Origin: a virus
IMG/VR virus record: IMGVR_UViG_3300028920_002953
Span: 7,848-71,847 of that record
Length of the DNA stretch: 64,000 nucleotides
Reading direction: 5' to 3' (one strand)
In this document: positions 46,128 to 55,533 of the stretch, in pieces
Layout of the letters: every line of letters begins with the position of its first letter
Position numbering within the stretch: the stretch's first letter is position 1
Made by a program: the position numbers and the translations under genes
Notes under the pieces: model-generated
What the model saw: the letters and a program-made list of their open reading frames with translations, nothing else
Told to the model about the DNA's origin: nothing
Database searches by the model: none

Positions 46128-46359
46128 TTCTGCCTCTGTATCTTATGTAGTCGGTACGCCCACGTTTCTTTTTTATCTCGTTGGATGTCTTCGCCATATC
46201 TTTGATCATAAAATCTACTTGCGCCTTAACTAAGCGCAAGCCTTTACGTGCTCGCAATCCTGCTGCCAAGTTCTCTTTGTCTACAAACTTGCCACAATCC
46301 TGTTCTAAATCAGCAAGTTGCTGCATCACCATTGCCAGCATGATATCTGCTCGTGCCAT
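46072..46359 (-). CDS. histone H1-like (Hc1-family) nucleoid protein
   Basis: LEQD..KF.DK.N.AAGLRARK motif; GGAGG RBS. Confidence 0.65.
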   Translation of the reverse strand: MARADIMLAMVMQQLADLEQDCGKFVDKENLAAGLRARKGLRLVKAQVDFMIKDMAKTSNEIKKKRGRTDYIRYRGRNVKKHNIKAFSESQINTP

Positions 46360-46364
46360 GCATG

Positions 46365-46667
46365 CTACCTCCACATATCTATGTATTGGTGCAAGCTATT
46401 CCAAATAATATCCTCACACTCTTTGCTGCAACACCAAGGTTCTATGGGTTGACCATGACAGCCACATTGAATCCCACTACAACACATTGCCGGTTCATAG
46501 TCTGGCATTTCACATTTGCATGCCATGCAACGCCATCCATACCGACTACTTATTTTCAAGTGAAATTCATATGTGAATCTTCCATTACCATTGGTCCATT
46601 CAATTGGTGCCATAGGCAAGTCTTCAAATAACCACTCATCATCAAATAGATTAAGTTGATCATTCAC
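46365..46667 (-). CDS. Cys-rich hypothetical protein
   Basis: CMAC...EPAMCCSGIQCGCHGQPIEPWCCSKEC; N-terminal QLNLF. Confidence 0.65.
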   Translation of the reverse strand: MNDQLNLFDDEWLFEDLPMAPIEWTNGNGRFTYEFHLKISSRYGWRCMACKCEMPDYEPAMCCSGIQCGCHGQPIEPWCCSKECEDIIWNSLHQYIDMWR

Positions 46668-47568
46668 AGAAATGCTCCTTCCACTGGAACAGTTTGTCTC
46701 GGTTTACAAATGATCTGAATCCATAGTATTCAAATATGCGAATAAAAGCTTTGATGTCATATCGATTGCGACGGCGGATCATACGGGGCATAAGTTCTGG
46801 TTTGTATGGTGTGGTAACTATGGGCAAGTTCTTTTGTATGCATTTTTGCCCCTCGTCACTTTCAATACGGTCATAAATCACGCCTTTGGTTAGTTGGCCT
46901 GTCAAATACTTCAAAACCTTACTGGTGGGTTTCTTAGGGTCCGCTGCACCGGTAATACCTACAACATTGTCACCATCGCAACCACCAATAGCTTTTGCCA
47001 TTGCCCATTGATCTGCGGTAATGCCGTATTGTTCTTGTAAGTCTTTGTGAGTGAATAGCTTCTTTTTGCTCGGTGAAAACATATCACAACAATCAAGCAC
47101 TTGGTACATGTCCTGATCGCTTGTGACCATGATAACATCTTTGCCTTGCTTGTGAAGACGACGTACCCAATAAGCCAGCAAGTCATCTGCTTCGTAAAGA
47201 TCACAAAGGTAGTTGTTTTTAAAACCCATAGCAGGGAGAACATCGTCACGCAGCAAAACAATTTGTTCTAAGAATGATTGTCGGGCCTCCAATTCGGATT
47301 CTGACATTTCAGCACGTTTGTCGTGCCGTTTCTTTTTGTAATCCTTGTAATCTCTTGCTCTGTGAGTATGTTCGCTATCCCAACACATAATAAAATCATT
47401 GGATTTGAATCGTCTCGACAAGTCAAGTGTTCGCTGTAAAAACCCATATATTACTCCTGTGTCTGTTCCTGCATATGATAAATGTCCAAAGGCATAAAAT
47501 GCGGCATAGGCAAGTGCCGAACAATCAACTACGATTGATGTTTTTGTTGGGTTATTCATAATCACCAT
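46660..47568 (-). CDS. 5'-3' (flap) exonuclease
   Basis: VVDC, CWD, YK..R, YEADDLL, TSDQDM, GCDGDNV.GI motifs. Confidence 0.92.
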   Translation of the reverse strand: MVIMNNPTKTSIVVDCSALAYAAFYAFGHLSYAGTDTGVIYGFLQRTLDLSRRFKSNDFIMCWDSEHTHRARDYKDYKKKRHDKRAEMSESELEARQSFLEQIVLLRDDVLPAMGFKNNYLCDLYEADDLLAYWVRRLHKQGKDVIMVTSDQDMYQVLDCCDMFSPSKKKLFTHKDLQEQYGITADQWAMAKAIGGCDGDNVVGITGAADPKKPTSKVLKYLTGQLTKGVIYDRIESDEGQKCIQKNLPIVTTPYKPELMPRMIRRRNRYDIKAFIRIFEYYGFRSFVNRDKLFQWKEHFCE

Positions 47569-47875
47569 TGCTTTTCATTTCTTCTATCATTTCATCCCAT
47601 GTTGTAATGTCTTTGCTGTCCCTGTAACAAATGACACCAATACCGACTTCATTACCATCGTTCATGTATGAGAAGTCAAGCTGTGAAAAAATATCAATCT
47701 GTTCCTTTTTCAATGCTTGGTTCATTACCTTTTGCATCAGCTTGTATCTCGCCCTAACCATTTGGGTAAACGTAACGGGTGATGGCCCGAGTGATACTGC
47801 TACGCGGAACCAGTATGGCCTAAAATCTTGGTTTCCTCTCGCTGACCTCTTTTTCAAACTCTGCTTCGATTTCAT
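47552..47875 (-). CDS. hypothetical protein
   Basis: Fills the gap between RecA and the exonuclease with short overlaps. Confidence 0.55.
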   Translation of the reverse strand: MKSKQSLKKRSARGNQDFRPYWFRVAVSLGPSPVTFTQMVRARYKLMQKVMNQALKKEQIDIFSQLDFSYMNDGNEVGIGVICYRDSKDITTWDEMIEEMKSNGDYE

Positions 47876-48938
47876 ACCATACCCTTGTAGTTTCTTCTAT
47901 GAGTGCATCTTCCAAGTTATTGTCTTCGATGTATTTGACAAATGATGGTCGGGTTTTGAATGTTTCACCGTTAAATCGTATAGTCTTTGTACCCCACAAG
48001 AAGTCTGCCATCGAGTTAATGTCATCGACTCCATAATCATAAAGGATAGTAAATCTGGCCTCTCGAAATGGTTTCGCAACCTTAGACCGTTCAATCTTAG
48101 CCTCAGACCGTATCCCATATACTCGCTTGTGTCCCCGCTTTGTTTTGCGTAATTTTTCCTGTTCTCTAATCCAAGCAACTTGGTGGGTATAAAAATCGAG
48201 AGCCTTGCCTCCGGCCCTGTAGGTCTTTTTGCCAAACATAGCACCAATTTTCGTCCGAACCTGAGATACAATGAATAGGGTGGCATCGACCTTGTTATTT
48301 TCCATTTCGTCGCACGTTCGAGAAAAAAACTTTCCAGCAAACTTTTGTTTTTCGAGGTTATAGCTACCACTTTCCTCCTTCCCACTTTTCAATGCATCAT
48401 CGAAACGCTTTTTGTCTGCCGCTGAATACAAAGCATCCCATGAATCAACCACATAAAGTAACGCCTCACCCTTGGTTAAATTCTGTACACGGTTGATATA
48501 GTCCCTGCCAAATGCCTCAATTTCTTTAATACATATCCACTCAACTGCTTCGACGAACTCTTTGCCGTACATGCGCTCTAATGGAAAGTCCATGACGCCT
48601 TCGCAGTTGTTATATACAATAGTTATTTTGGTTACCCGAGGAAATATTTTGGATTTGATTTTCTTAATCTGTTTCCATACCCAAAAGCAACACTCCAAGG
48701 CACATACGGTCTTGCCGCTTGAACCATCGCCAACTACATTATCGACTCTTGCTCTGGCCCAACCACCGTCTTTGCCTTTACCGCTTAGTGCAAGGTTGAA
48801 AGTAGTACACCCCGAATGAATGAATTCAACCTTTTCCCTCTCTTTCTCATTCGGGGTTCTTTTTCTGCGGCTCGATCTTCTAACACTGTTTGCCATGTTA
48901 TTTGGCAAGTCAAGTCTTCTGCGTTTAATCTTTCTCAA
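47820..48938 (-). CDS. recA: RecA/UvsX-like recombinase
   Basis: HSGC..FNLAL, GDGSSGKT, YVVDS, VSQVRTKIG, GGKALDFY, KVAKPFR; TTG start after AAGGAG. Confidence 0.92.
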   Translation of the reverse strand: MRKIKRRRLDLPNNMANSVRRSSRRKRTPNEKEREKVEFIHSGCTTFNLALSGKGKDGGWARARVDNVVGDGSSGKTVCALECCFWVWKQIKKIKSKIFPRVTKITIVYNNCEGVMDFPLERMYGKEFVEAVEWICIKEIEAFGRDYINRVQNLTKGEALLYVVDSWDALYSAADKKRFDDALKSGKEESGSYNLEKQKFAGKFFSRTCDEMENNKVDATLFIVSQVRTKIGAMFGKKTYRAGGKALDFYTHQVAWIREQEKLRKTKRGHKRVYGIRSEAKIERSKVAKPFREARFTILYDYGVDDINSMADFLWGTKTIRFNGETFKTRPSFVKYIEDNNLEDALIEETTRVWYEIEAEFEKEVSERKPRF

Positions 48939-48962
48939 TATTTTTCTCCTTGGGGTAAAGGT

Positions 48963-49251
48963 GGGTGCGGCCCATTGTTGGCCTATCCAACAAGCGCGTT
49001 ACGGTTCGATAACACGTAAAGACCGCACCCTGAGGCAAATGTTTGACGCACCCGAATTTGCGTTATCAACGGTTTGCCTCAAATTGGATGGGTGTAGATG
49101 GGGACACTCACCAACCCTGATAAATGTCTTTGCGGCTCCCTATGAGCCTACCAAAACCCCATCTACACCCGAAGGGCATGTTCTTCTACCATGCTCGCTG
49201 CTGTAAAAGGTAATAAAACCAACAAGCATGGGTCACAGAAGACTACCATGC
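48963..49251 (-). ncRNA. putative structured RNA / cis-regulatory element between ssb and recA
   Basis: Five consecutive helices including a perfect 14-bp (49090-49103/49157-49170), a perfect 9-bp and a 10-bp stem; two hairpins share an AUAGG loop. Confidence 0.6.
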
Positions 49252-49259
49252 CACAACTG

Positions 49260-50624
49260 TTAATCTTCTAAACCAAGCTCCTCAATTACCAAGTCTTGCA
49301 AATCTTCAAGGTCTTGGGCATCGTCAGGGTCAACATCCAACTTCTGTTTACGAATAAACGCTTTCAGCTTGCGCATGTTCATGTCTTCGATGTCTTCAGT
49401 TGTGACTTTAGATTTTCCATGCTTACGAGACCGGCGGCGACCACGGCGAGGACTTTCTTCCTCATCCTCCTCGTCCTCGTCTTCGTCCTCATCATCTTCA
49501 TCCTCGTCGTCATCCTCGTCTTCATCCTCGTCGTCGTCATATCTGCCTTTCCGACGCCTCTTACCACTGCGCCGGTCGTCATCATCGTCATCATCGTCAT
49601 CATCGTCGATGTCATCTTCAAACATTTCTTCGATGGCATCTTCAATCTTTTCCACGTTGTCGTCAAAGAAACGCTTGCCACCTTTAAGTCTTACCTTGAT
49701 ATCATTGTCAGAGCAGAATGCTCTCAACTCTTTGAGTGTTTCCAATTCAGACAGTTCGTCGAGCAGTTCATCTTTTTCACTGTCTTCACTGTCATCGTTG
49801 TCATCATCGTCAACGTCATCGTCTTCATGCTTGTATTTGCCCTTGGCCTTAGAACCCCAATATGCCTTTTCCAATTCCTCGTAAGTGGGGCGTTTTACCA
49901 GTTCATCCAAGCAGTGTGCAGCATCAAGGATATCCTCATCGATAATGTAGTCACGTTCATCAAACGAATGTCCGACAAACTTAGGAAAGTCTTCTTTGCT
50001 TTTGGGTGGTTCAATAGTGAACGAAACTGACTTGCCCTCTTCCTCATCAAAAAAGACAACGGTTTGCTCTGGCCCACCACGCCGAGAAGGTTTCTTGGAC
50101 AGTGCCAGTACAAGCTTTTCAAAGTAATGGTAACTCACATCCCACACTTGAATGCCTTTTTTCTCCTCGCCTTTGTCATAACAAATGACATTATAAAGGT
50201 TGCGTTCCTTGGTGTTCAGTGGGGCAATCTTGGTATCATAGTCGGCACCTTTTTCAACCAACTGCGCTCTGTGTTCACAAATGGGGCAATCATCCCCCCA
50301 TGTTCTCGCAGGGCATATATACCAATCATTGTTAGGCCCAACGTTTTTATGAATGAAATAATGAAAGGTATAATGTACCTTGGCAGTGCCAATGCGGTTT
50401 TTGCCGGTTTCGTAAGGGATGATGTCAATGATATGTGAACCATCTTTAGGACGCCACACGTTTACATCTACATCAGGCTTGAGAATACTAATGCCACCAC
50501 CCTCAGCTTGTTTCTGCGCATCTTTCACACGCTGTATCAATTGATCCTTTTGATACCGGCGCTTTGACGAACCCCTTTTGCGCTTGCTTACATCGATTCT
50601 TCTACCACTACGTTTTCTCACCAT
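49260..50624 (-). CDS. single-stranded DNA-binding protein (T4 gp32-like) with long acidic tail
   Basis: IH...CP...CPICE zinc site, RNLYNV, GIQVW, FD.EEG; Asp/Glu-rich C-terminus. Confidence 0.85.
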   Translation of the reverse strand: MVRKRSGRRIDVSKRKRGSSKRRYQKDQLIQRVKDAQKQAEGGGISILKPDVDVNVWRPKDGSHIIDIIPYETGKNRIGTAKVHYTFHYFIHKNVGPNNDWYICPARTWGDDCPICEHRAQLVEKGADYDTKIAPLNTKERNLYNVICYDKGEEKKGIQVWDVSYHYFEKLVLALSKKPSRRGGPEQTVVFFDEEEGKSVSFTIEPPKSKEDFPKFVGHSFDERDYIIDEDILDAAHCLDELVKRPTYEELEKAYWGSKAKGKYKHEDDDVDDDDNDDSEDSEKDELLDELSELETLKELRAFCSDNDIKVRLKGGKRFFDDNVEKIEDAIEEMFEDDIDDDDDDDDDDDRRSGKRRRKGRYDDDEDEDEDDDEDEDDEDEDEDEEDEEESPRRGRRRSRKHGKSKVTTEDIEDMNMRKLKAFIRKQKLDVDPDDAQDLEDLQDLVIEELGLED

Positions 50625-50625
50625 G

Positions 50626-51108
50626 TTACCTCCTTCTGATTTTACGGTTAGCTTTCTTGACTAATGTTTCACTTTGATTGTCTAATTCTAAATTCCTCCT
50701 TTGTTCACCCTTGGGTGTTGAGAAATGCATTTGTATATTGGTAGTCACTAATCCTTCCAAAGACTTCTTGCGATGTTCCATTGATTTAACTGCACTTTCA
50801 AGCAATCGTTTAGTTCTCAAGGCTCTAAGGTATCGTGAATTATCACGTTTGACCTTTGGGTGTGTACAGACTGCGGCCTTGACAAGTGCTTCCTTTGGGT
50901 TACTTGGTAGATCATACGCTTCGGGGTTTCTTCTAATGCGTATTTCTATTTCTGATTTGGTAATCTCCACCCTGTCTTTTGCCCTTGCTGCCTTATCAGA
51001 AGCAGTTACCTCTGCCTTGGCCCATTTATAAAATAGCTGTGGTTGTTTGACTAACTCTTCGTCAAGCCGGTACTTGTTGATATAGCAGTCATCATCAAAT
51101 TCACTCAT
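50626..51108 (-). CDS. UvsY-like recombination mediator
   Basis: INKYRLDEE..KQPQLF..W...S.EHRKKSLE; next to SSB and RecA. Confidence 0.7.
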   Translation of the reverse strand: MSEFDDDCYINKYRLDEELVKQPQLFYKWAKAEVTASDKAARAKDRVEITKSEIEIRIRRNPEAYDLPSNPKEALVKAAVCTHPKVKRDNSRYLRALRTKRLLESAVKSMEHRKKSLEGLVTTNIQMHFSTPKGEQRRNLELDNQSETLVKKANRKIRRR

Positions 51109-54100
51109 CGTTTGTACCTCTGAAGTGTAAACTACGCAGCAGGGTGCAGAAGCTTTTCATACCACTCTCGTAGAATACTTTGTTATCTGGATTGTGTAAA
51201 CTGGCAGCAGGATGCATACAAAAGCAAATCCAAGCATTATGTTTTTCACTCCACTGTACCTTGCCACTCATGCTCATAATGCCTGTCTTTTGACCAGTAA
51301 AGAAGTACAAACCCGTATTGCCAAAGGCAAGGATCACCTTGGGTTGCACTTTCTTTAGTTCCTTGTCTAAGTAGGTTCTACCACAAATGCCAATCTGATC
51401 GGCGTTGGGTTTTCTGCTATCTTTTGGATAACACTTGGCGACGTTTGTAACGTGAAAGAAGGGGCGTTCATAACCATACTTAGCTAAGTACTGCCATACT
51501 TTTTCACCACTGCGCCCGACAAACCCTTCTCGTTGTTCATCTTCATCTTTGCCCGGAGCTTCACCAATTATAGCTATGTTATACAACCCCGGACTACTAT
51601 GCACTGGTGCTAAACATTCTTTACGAAGGGAGCATTTCTTGCAACCTGTCAGGTTTTTGTTTTTGTATTCAAAGCCAACCTGTTGTATGATTCCTTTTCG
51701 TTTGGTGAGCTTTTTCAAAACCCTGCTATCGCCCTCCAATACAGGGTCTAAATAGTTCAAGCGCAAGTTGTTATTGAAAAGGGTGTACAGCTTTTGGTAT
51801 TCGACGGTAGGGTTAGCAGTAATTCTGAATTTGAACATGTCCTTAACTTCTGCCGTGACATTGAAACGCTCGTGTGATTCATAAGCACCAATCTTGTCGA
51901 GCAGTTCACCAAAAGCGCCACCAAACTTTTCAATTTGTTCTTCGGCACCTTTTTGAAAGAACTTGCGGATGTTATTCTTTTGTGGTTTTGCACTGGCCGC
52001 TTGCTCTGCTTTCTTTGGCCCAATGCCATTGGTTTCTATGAAGGGTATTTTCAACCTACGATCATCAACTTGCCATTTGGTAGCATGGGACAGCCCAACT
52101 TTAGGTAACACAAGGGTTAAGCCTAACCTGTATGCCTCCTCAATAAGCTCGGCTTTCTTGTCTTGTGCGCCATATGTCAACGATCCACAGATAAACTCAG
52201 TAGGGAAATACTTTTTTAACCATGCACACCAATAACCGAGCATGGCATATTCTACCGAATGACTACGGTTAAATCCGTACTTACTCCACTTCTCAAGTCC
52301 ATCCCAAAAATTGATTGCTTCACTGCGGTTGAAATAGCCTGTTTTCTTGCAACCCCTAATAAACATGCGCTTGTACTTCTCGAACTCTTTGACGTTGCGT
52401 TTCTTGCCTATGATCTTGCGCACCTTGTCGGCAGTGCTATATGGCAAGTCAGCAATCTCGGAAACCACTTGCATTACCTGTTCTTGGTAGACAAGTAGTC
52501 CGTATGTGTCATCTGTGATCTTTTCATAAATCTTATGCATGGGTTCCCAGCTTGCACCATGTTTGCGCTTTATGTACTCTTGTGTCATACCCGAGTTTGC
52601 TGGCCCCGGACGTACCAAGGCAACAGCATCGCTAATGTGCTTGAAAGTACTGACACCCATTTCTTTTATTAGGTTGGTCATGGCCCATGTACCAAGCTGA
52701 AACACACCGACATTGTTACCGGCATTTATTTCTGCGAGAACATCAGGATCATGCAAATTGATTTTGGTTAGATCAACAGAAACGTTTTGGTTGGTTTCTG
52801 TTAGGCGAACTGTTTCTGCAAGTATAGACAACAGTTTCAAACCCAATGCATCGAGCTTCATTAAGCCAACATATTCGGTGTCTTCCTTCTCCCAATTAAC
52901 TAAGGTGGCACCGTCTTTATTGGTAATGAGGTTGCAACGGCCAGAGTGTCCAATAGGGTCTTTTGAAACTACTAAAGCAGCAGCATGCTGACTGTAACCA
53001 CGCACTGTACCCTCAAGCATCTTGGCAAGCTTGATAACTCTTGGGTACTGCGCAGCAAAGTTAGCACATTCTTCGTATGTGTCTATTGCATCTTGAATGC
53101 CGGTATGTTCGTCGTTGTCTTCAACCAGTTTGGTAAACGCATCAGTTTCACGCCAATGTATGCCAAACACACGACCAACATCTTTAACAACTGCTCTGGC
53201 TTTCATGCGGTTGAAAGAAGATACACCGGCAACATTATCTGCTCCATATACATCTTCAAGATGCTGCCTTACCAAATGCCGTTTACTATCCTCAAAGTCA
53301 ATATCGATGTCAGGATAGTCAATACGATCCTCGTTGATAAACCGGCTAAAGAGTAGATTATGTTCGATTGGATCAACCGTAGTGATTCCAAGCAAATAAG
53401 CAATAAGTGAACCACCAACACTGCCACGACCGGGACCAACAAGTATTCCATTTTCTTTACACCAGTTTATGAGTTCATAGACCATGAGAAAGTAACGTTG
53501 AAAGTTCTTGTGTGTGATCAGTTCGTATTCTTCTACCAGTCGTGCATGGTAGACTTTATCATCTACAATGCTTTTGTTAAACAATCTTTGAAATGCCATT
53601 GTACACAAACGCCACAAGACATCCTTCTCATCACAATGGGCTGGAATACCTCTGGTTTTGGGCAATTTGATTTTAGGCAAGTCAATGTCACGCTTCGGTA
53701 TAGTATAGCTGCCACACTTTTCAGCTACTTCAAGGGTGGTAGTTAGATACTCGGGTTTATACTGGTTATATTCCCTTAACCCTTTTATCATTTCCTTTAC
53801 TGTTTTCATATGAAAGGTGCGCAAAGAAAATCTAAATCGGTCTTTGTCTGTCCACTCAGCTTTGCGTTGTATTGCCAGCAATACCTCTTGAGCTACCGCC
53901 TCTGTACGTTTGGGGTAGTGACAGTCGTTGCTTGCATAACATTTGATACCAAACCGCTTTGCAAGTCTTATTACTTTGCGATTCCATATGGGTTGTTTTT
54001 TGATACGGTGAGGCATAATCTCGGCGTAAAGATCATCCCCCACCGTATCGTACAGGTCTGCAAGAAACTTCATGCCATTAGGTAAGATACGGGCAAACGA

Positions 54101-54523
54101 GATAAGACAAGCAGTGGAGAAGACTAATCCTTCTGTGTGGGGTAGAAGTGTGGCGTAGTCTACTCGTGGCTTGTAATAAAAACCGTCCGTATTGGCAAAG
54201 GTGAGAAGCTTCGTTAGGTTTTCAAACCCGACCTGATTCTTTACATGAACTTGAATGTGACCACGTACTTTCGACTTTTCAGCTTTGGTCTTCTCAGCAT
54301 CCTCCACAATATATAACTCACAACCAAGAATAGGAATAATGTCATGTTTTTTACACGCCTTTTGGAACTTGATTAGACCATCAATGTTCGCATGATTTGT
54401 TAGGGCAAGATACTTAAAGCCCAATTGCTTTGCTCGTTTGGCATAGTCTTCCCCTGTACCCATACCATCGAGTTGTGAAAATTCGTTGTGTACATGAAGA
54501 TGCACAAAATCACTATTGTTCAT
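51101..54523 (-). CDS. dnaE: DNA polymerase III alpha (DnaE) fused to a C-terminal family-4 uracil-DNA glycosylase
   Basis: PHP HLHVH, GPGRGSVGGSL, PDIDIDF, KLDALGL, YQEQVM, YGFNRSH; then CKKCSL..IGEAPG..FVGRSG..NVAKCYP..HPAA. Confidence 0.95.
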   Translation of the reverse strand: MNNSDFVHLHVHNEFSQLDGMGTGEDYAKRAKQLGFKYLALTNHANIDGLIKFQKACKKHDIIPILGCELYIVEDAEKTKAEKSKVRGHIQVHVKNQVGFENLTKLLTFANTDGFYYKPRVDYATLLPHTEGLVFSTACLISFARILPNGMKFLADLYDTVGDDLYAEIMPHRIKKQPIWNRKVIRLAKRFGIKCYASNDCHYPKRTEAVAQEVLLAIQRKAEWTDKDRFRFSLRTFHMKTVKEMIKGLREYNQYKPEYLTTTLEVAEKCGSYTIPKRDIDLPKIKLPKTRGIPAHCDEKDVLWRLCTMAFQRLFNKSIVDDKVYHARLVEEYELITHKNFQRYFLMVYELINWCKENGILVGPGRGSVGGSLIAYLLGITTVDPIEHNLLFSRFINEDRIDYPDIDIDFEDSKRHLVRQHLEDVYGADNVAGVSSFNRMKARAVVKDVGRVFGIHWRETDAFTKLVEDNDEHTGIQDAIDTYEECANFAAQYPRVIKLAKMLEGTVRGYSQHAAALVVSKDPIGHSGRCNLITNKDGATLVNWEKEDTEYVGLMKLDALGLKLLSILAETVRLTETNQNVSVDLTKINLHDPDVLAEINAGNNVGVFQLGTWAMTNLIKEMGVSTFKHISDAVALVRPGPANSGMTQEYIKRKHGASWEPMHKIYEKITDDTYGLLVYQEQVMQVVSEIADLPYSTADKVRKIIGKKRNVKEFEKYKRMFIRGCKKTGYFNRSEAINFWDGLEKWSKYGFNRSHSVEYAMLGYWCAWLKKYFPTEFICGSLTYGAQDKKAELIEEAYRLGLTLVLPKVGLSHATKWQVDDRRLKIPFIETNGIGPKKAEQAASAKPQKNNIRKFFQKGAEEQIEKFGGAFGELLDKIGAYESHERFNVTAEVKDMFKFRITANPTVEYQKLYTLFNNNLRLNYLDPVLEGDSRVLKKLTKRKGIIQQVGFEYKNKNLTGCKKCSLRKECLAPVHSSPGLYNIAIIGEAPGKDEDEQREGFVGRSGEKVWQYLAKYGYERPFFHVTNVAKCYPKDSRKPNADQIGICGRTYLDKELKKVQPKVILAFGNTGLYFFTGQKTGIMSMSGKVQWSEKHNAWICFCMHPAASLHNPDNKVFYESGMKSFCTLLRSLHFRGTNDE

Positions 54524-54933
54524 TTATCATCCTTATCTGGAAAACGTTTGCGTTTTTTTCTTTGTTTAGCAATCTCCTTGTTAATGTCAATGCCCTGTTC
54601 TGCAAATTCCCTTTCGGTTCTTTTCTTTTGTAGTATATTAGCCGTAGCATGCGCACGACGAAGACAAGCGCAACACCACATTACTGTCTCTTGCAGTTTG
54701 AACAATGCTCGTGCTTTTTCAATGCGTTGAGCTGGCAGCCTTTCAAGTATGATTTGTGCAAGCTCTTGTGTTTTCTCCATGATTTCAACTGCCGCTTCAT
54801 TGTCGCATTTCTTACCTGTACATCCGTTGATAGGGGTAAACCATAATTCCAGTATCTCCTTGTTGGTGAAAGAGTCTATTAAATCCATATTAGCATCATG
54901 TTGCATGCAAAAACCTTTACATTCTCTATCCAT
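54520..54933 (-). CDS. Acb2/Tad1-like helical hairpin protein (candidate anti-defence sponge)
   Basis: EK..ELA..I...LP..R.EK..AL.KLQE.VMW hairpin pattern. Confidence 0.5.
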   Translation of the reverse strand: MDRECKGFCMQHDANMDLIDSFTNKEILELWFTPINGCTGKKCDNEAAVEIMEKTQELAQIILERLPAQRIEKARALFKLQETVMWCCACLRRAHATANILQKKRTEREFAEQGIDINKEIAKQRKKRKRFPDKDDK

Positions 54934-54954
54934 TTGAACTTGTTACTTTCTTCC

Positions 54955-55533
54955 TCAGTAGATGATGATCTGCCGCCCGACTTTCTTTTGTTCTTTTACT
55001 GCTGGCCCATCTTCTTTGTACTTCACAACGAAACAAAGTTTTTTCATTTGTTGTATGTTTTTTATGGGATCAAGCGGTAAGCCAGCATGCCGCAAGGTGG
55101 CATAAACATTGATACAAAACCCTTCGGTAATACCGGCATATTGCCCCCATAAACCCTTGCGCCTAAACCACTCGTGTACCCTTTCATTACGTTTCTTTTT
55201 AACTGCTCCTTGCCAGTACAACACATTGCGGCATTGATGCTCTGTCCAATCTGGATGGGCTTCAAGCATTCTTGCTGCATGTGCTGCAAGATCAAACTCC
55301 TCCCATACACACCAACCAACTGCTTTGCGGTCAAAACAATCATCGAATGTGTGTGTCTTCCTAAATGCGGTGTCACAATTCTTTTTCTTGTTTTGCCACA
55401 TGTTACAACCTTTAGGATGCCCATGATACGGTAACCGGCACCAACTTCTGTATGTTTGTAATCCTACGGTAACCCAGTCCGTAGGATAGATTGCGATCAC
55501 GTTTTCTCGTCTTCTTATAGTTCTGCGTTTCAT
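54955..55533 (-). CDS. DUF2284-like predicted metal-binding protein
   Basis: WCRLPYHGHPKGCN.W....C; C-terminal EG.CINV.ATL..AG. Confidence 0.55.
   Translation of the reverse strand: MKRRTIRRRENVIAIYPTDWVTVGLQTYRSWCRLPYHGHPKGCNMWQNKKKNCDTAFRKTHTFDDCFDRKAVGWCVWEEFDLAAHAARMLEAHPDWTEHQCRNVLYWQGAVKKKRNERVHEWFRRKGLWGQYAGITEGFCINVYATLRHAGLPLDPIKNIQQMKKLCFVVKYKEDGPAVKEQKKVGRQIIIY

Noticed and set aside
48939-49259. tRNA genes or a CRISPR mini-array in the intergenic gaps (also 62910-63163)
   Set aside because: No cloverleaf with properly placed T-loop and acceptor stem; repeats are inverted, not regularly spaced direct repeats
49296-50030. Plus-strand poly-Ser and hydrophobic ORFs (49369-49884, 49296-50030; likewise 62317-62727 and 61881-62927)
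   Set aside because: Antisense reads of the Asp/Glu tracts of SSB and the acidic protein; not part of the poly-Ser fibre system
47820-54523. Inteins or introns in RecA and DnaE
   Set aside because: Core motifs are at normal spacing and no splice-junction motifs were seen; the extra DnaE region is a UDG
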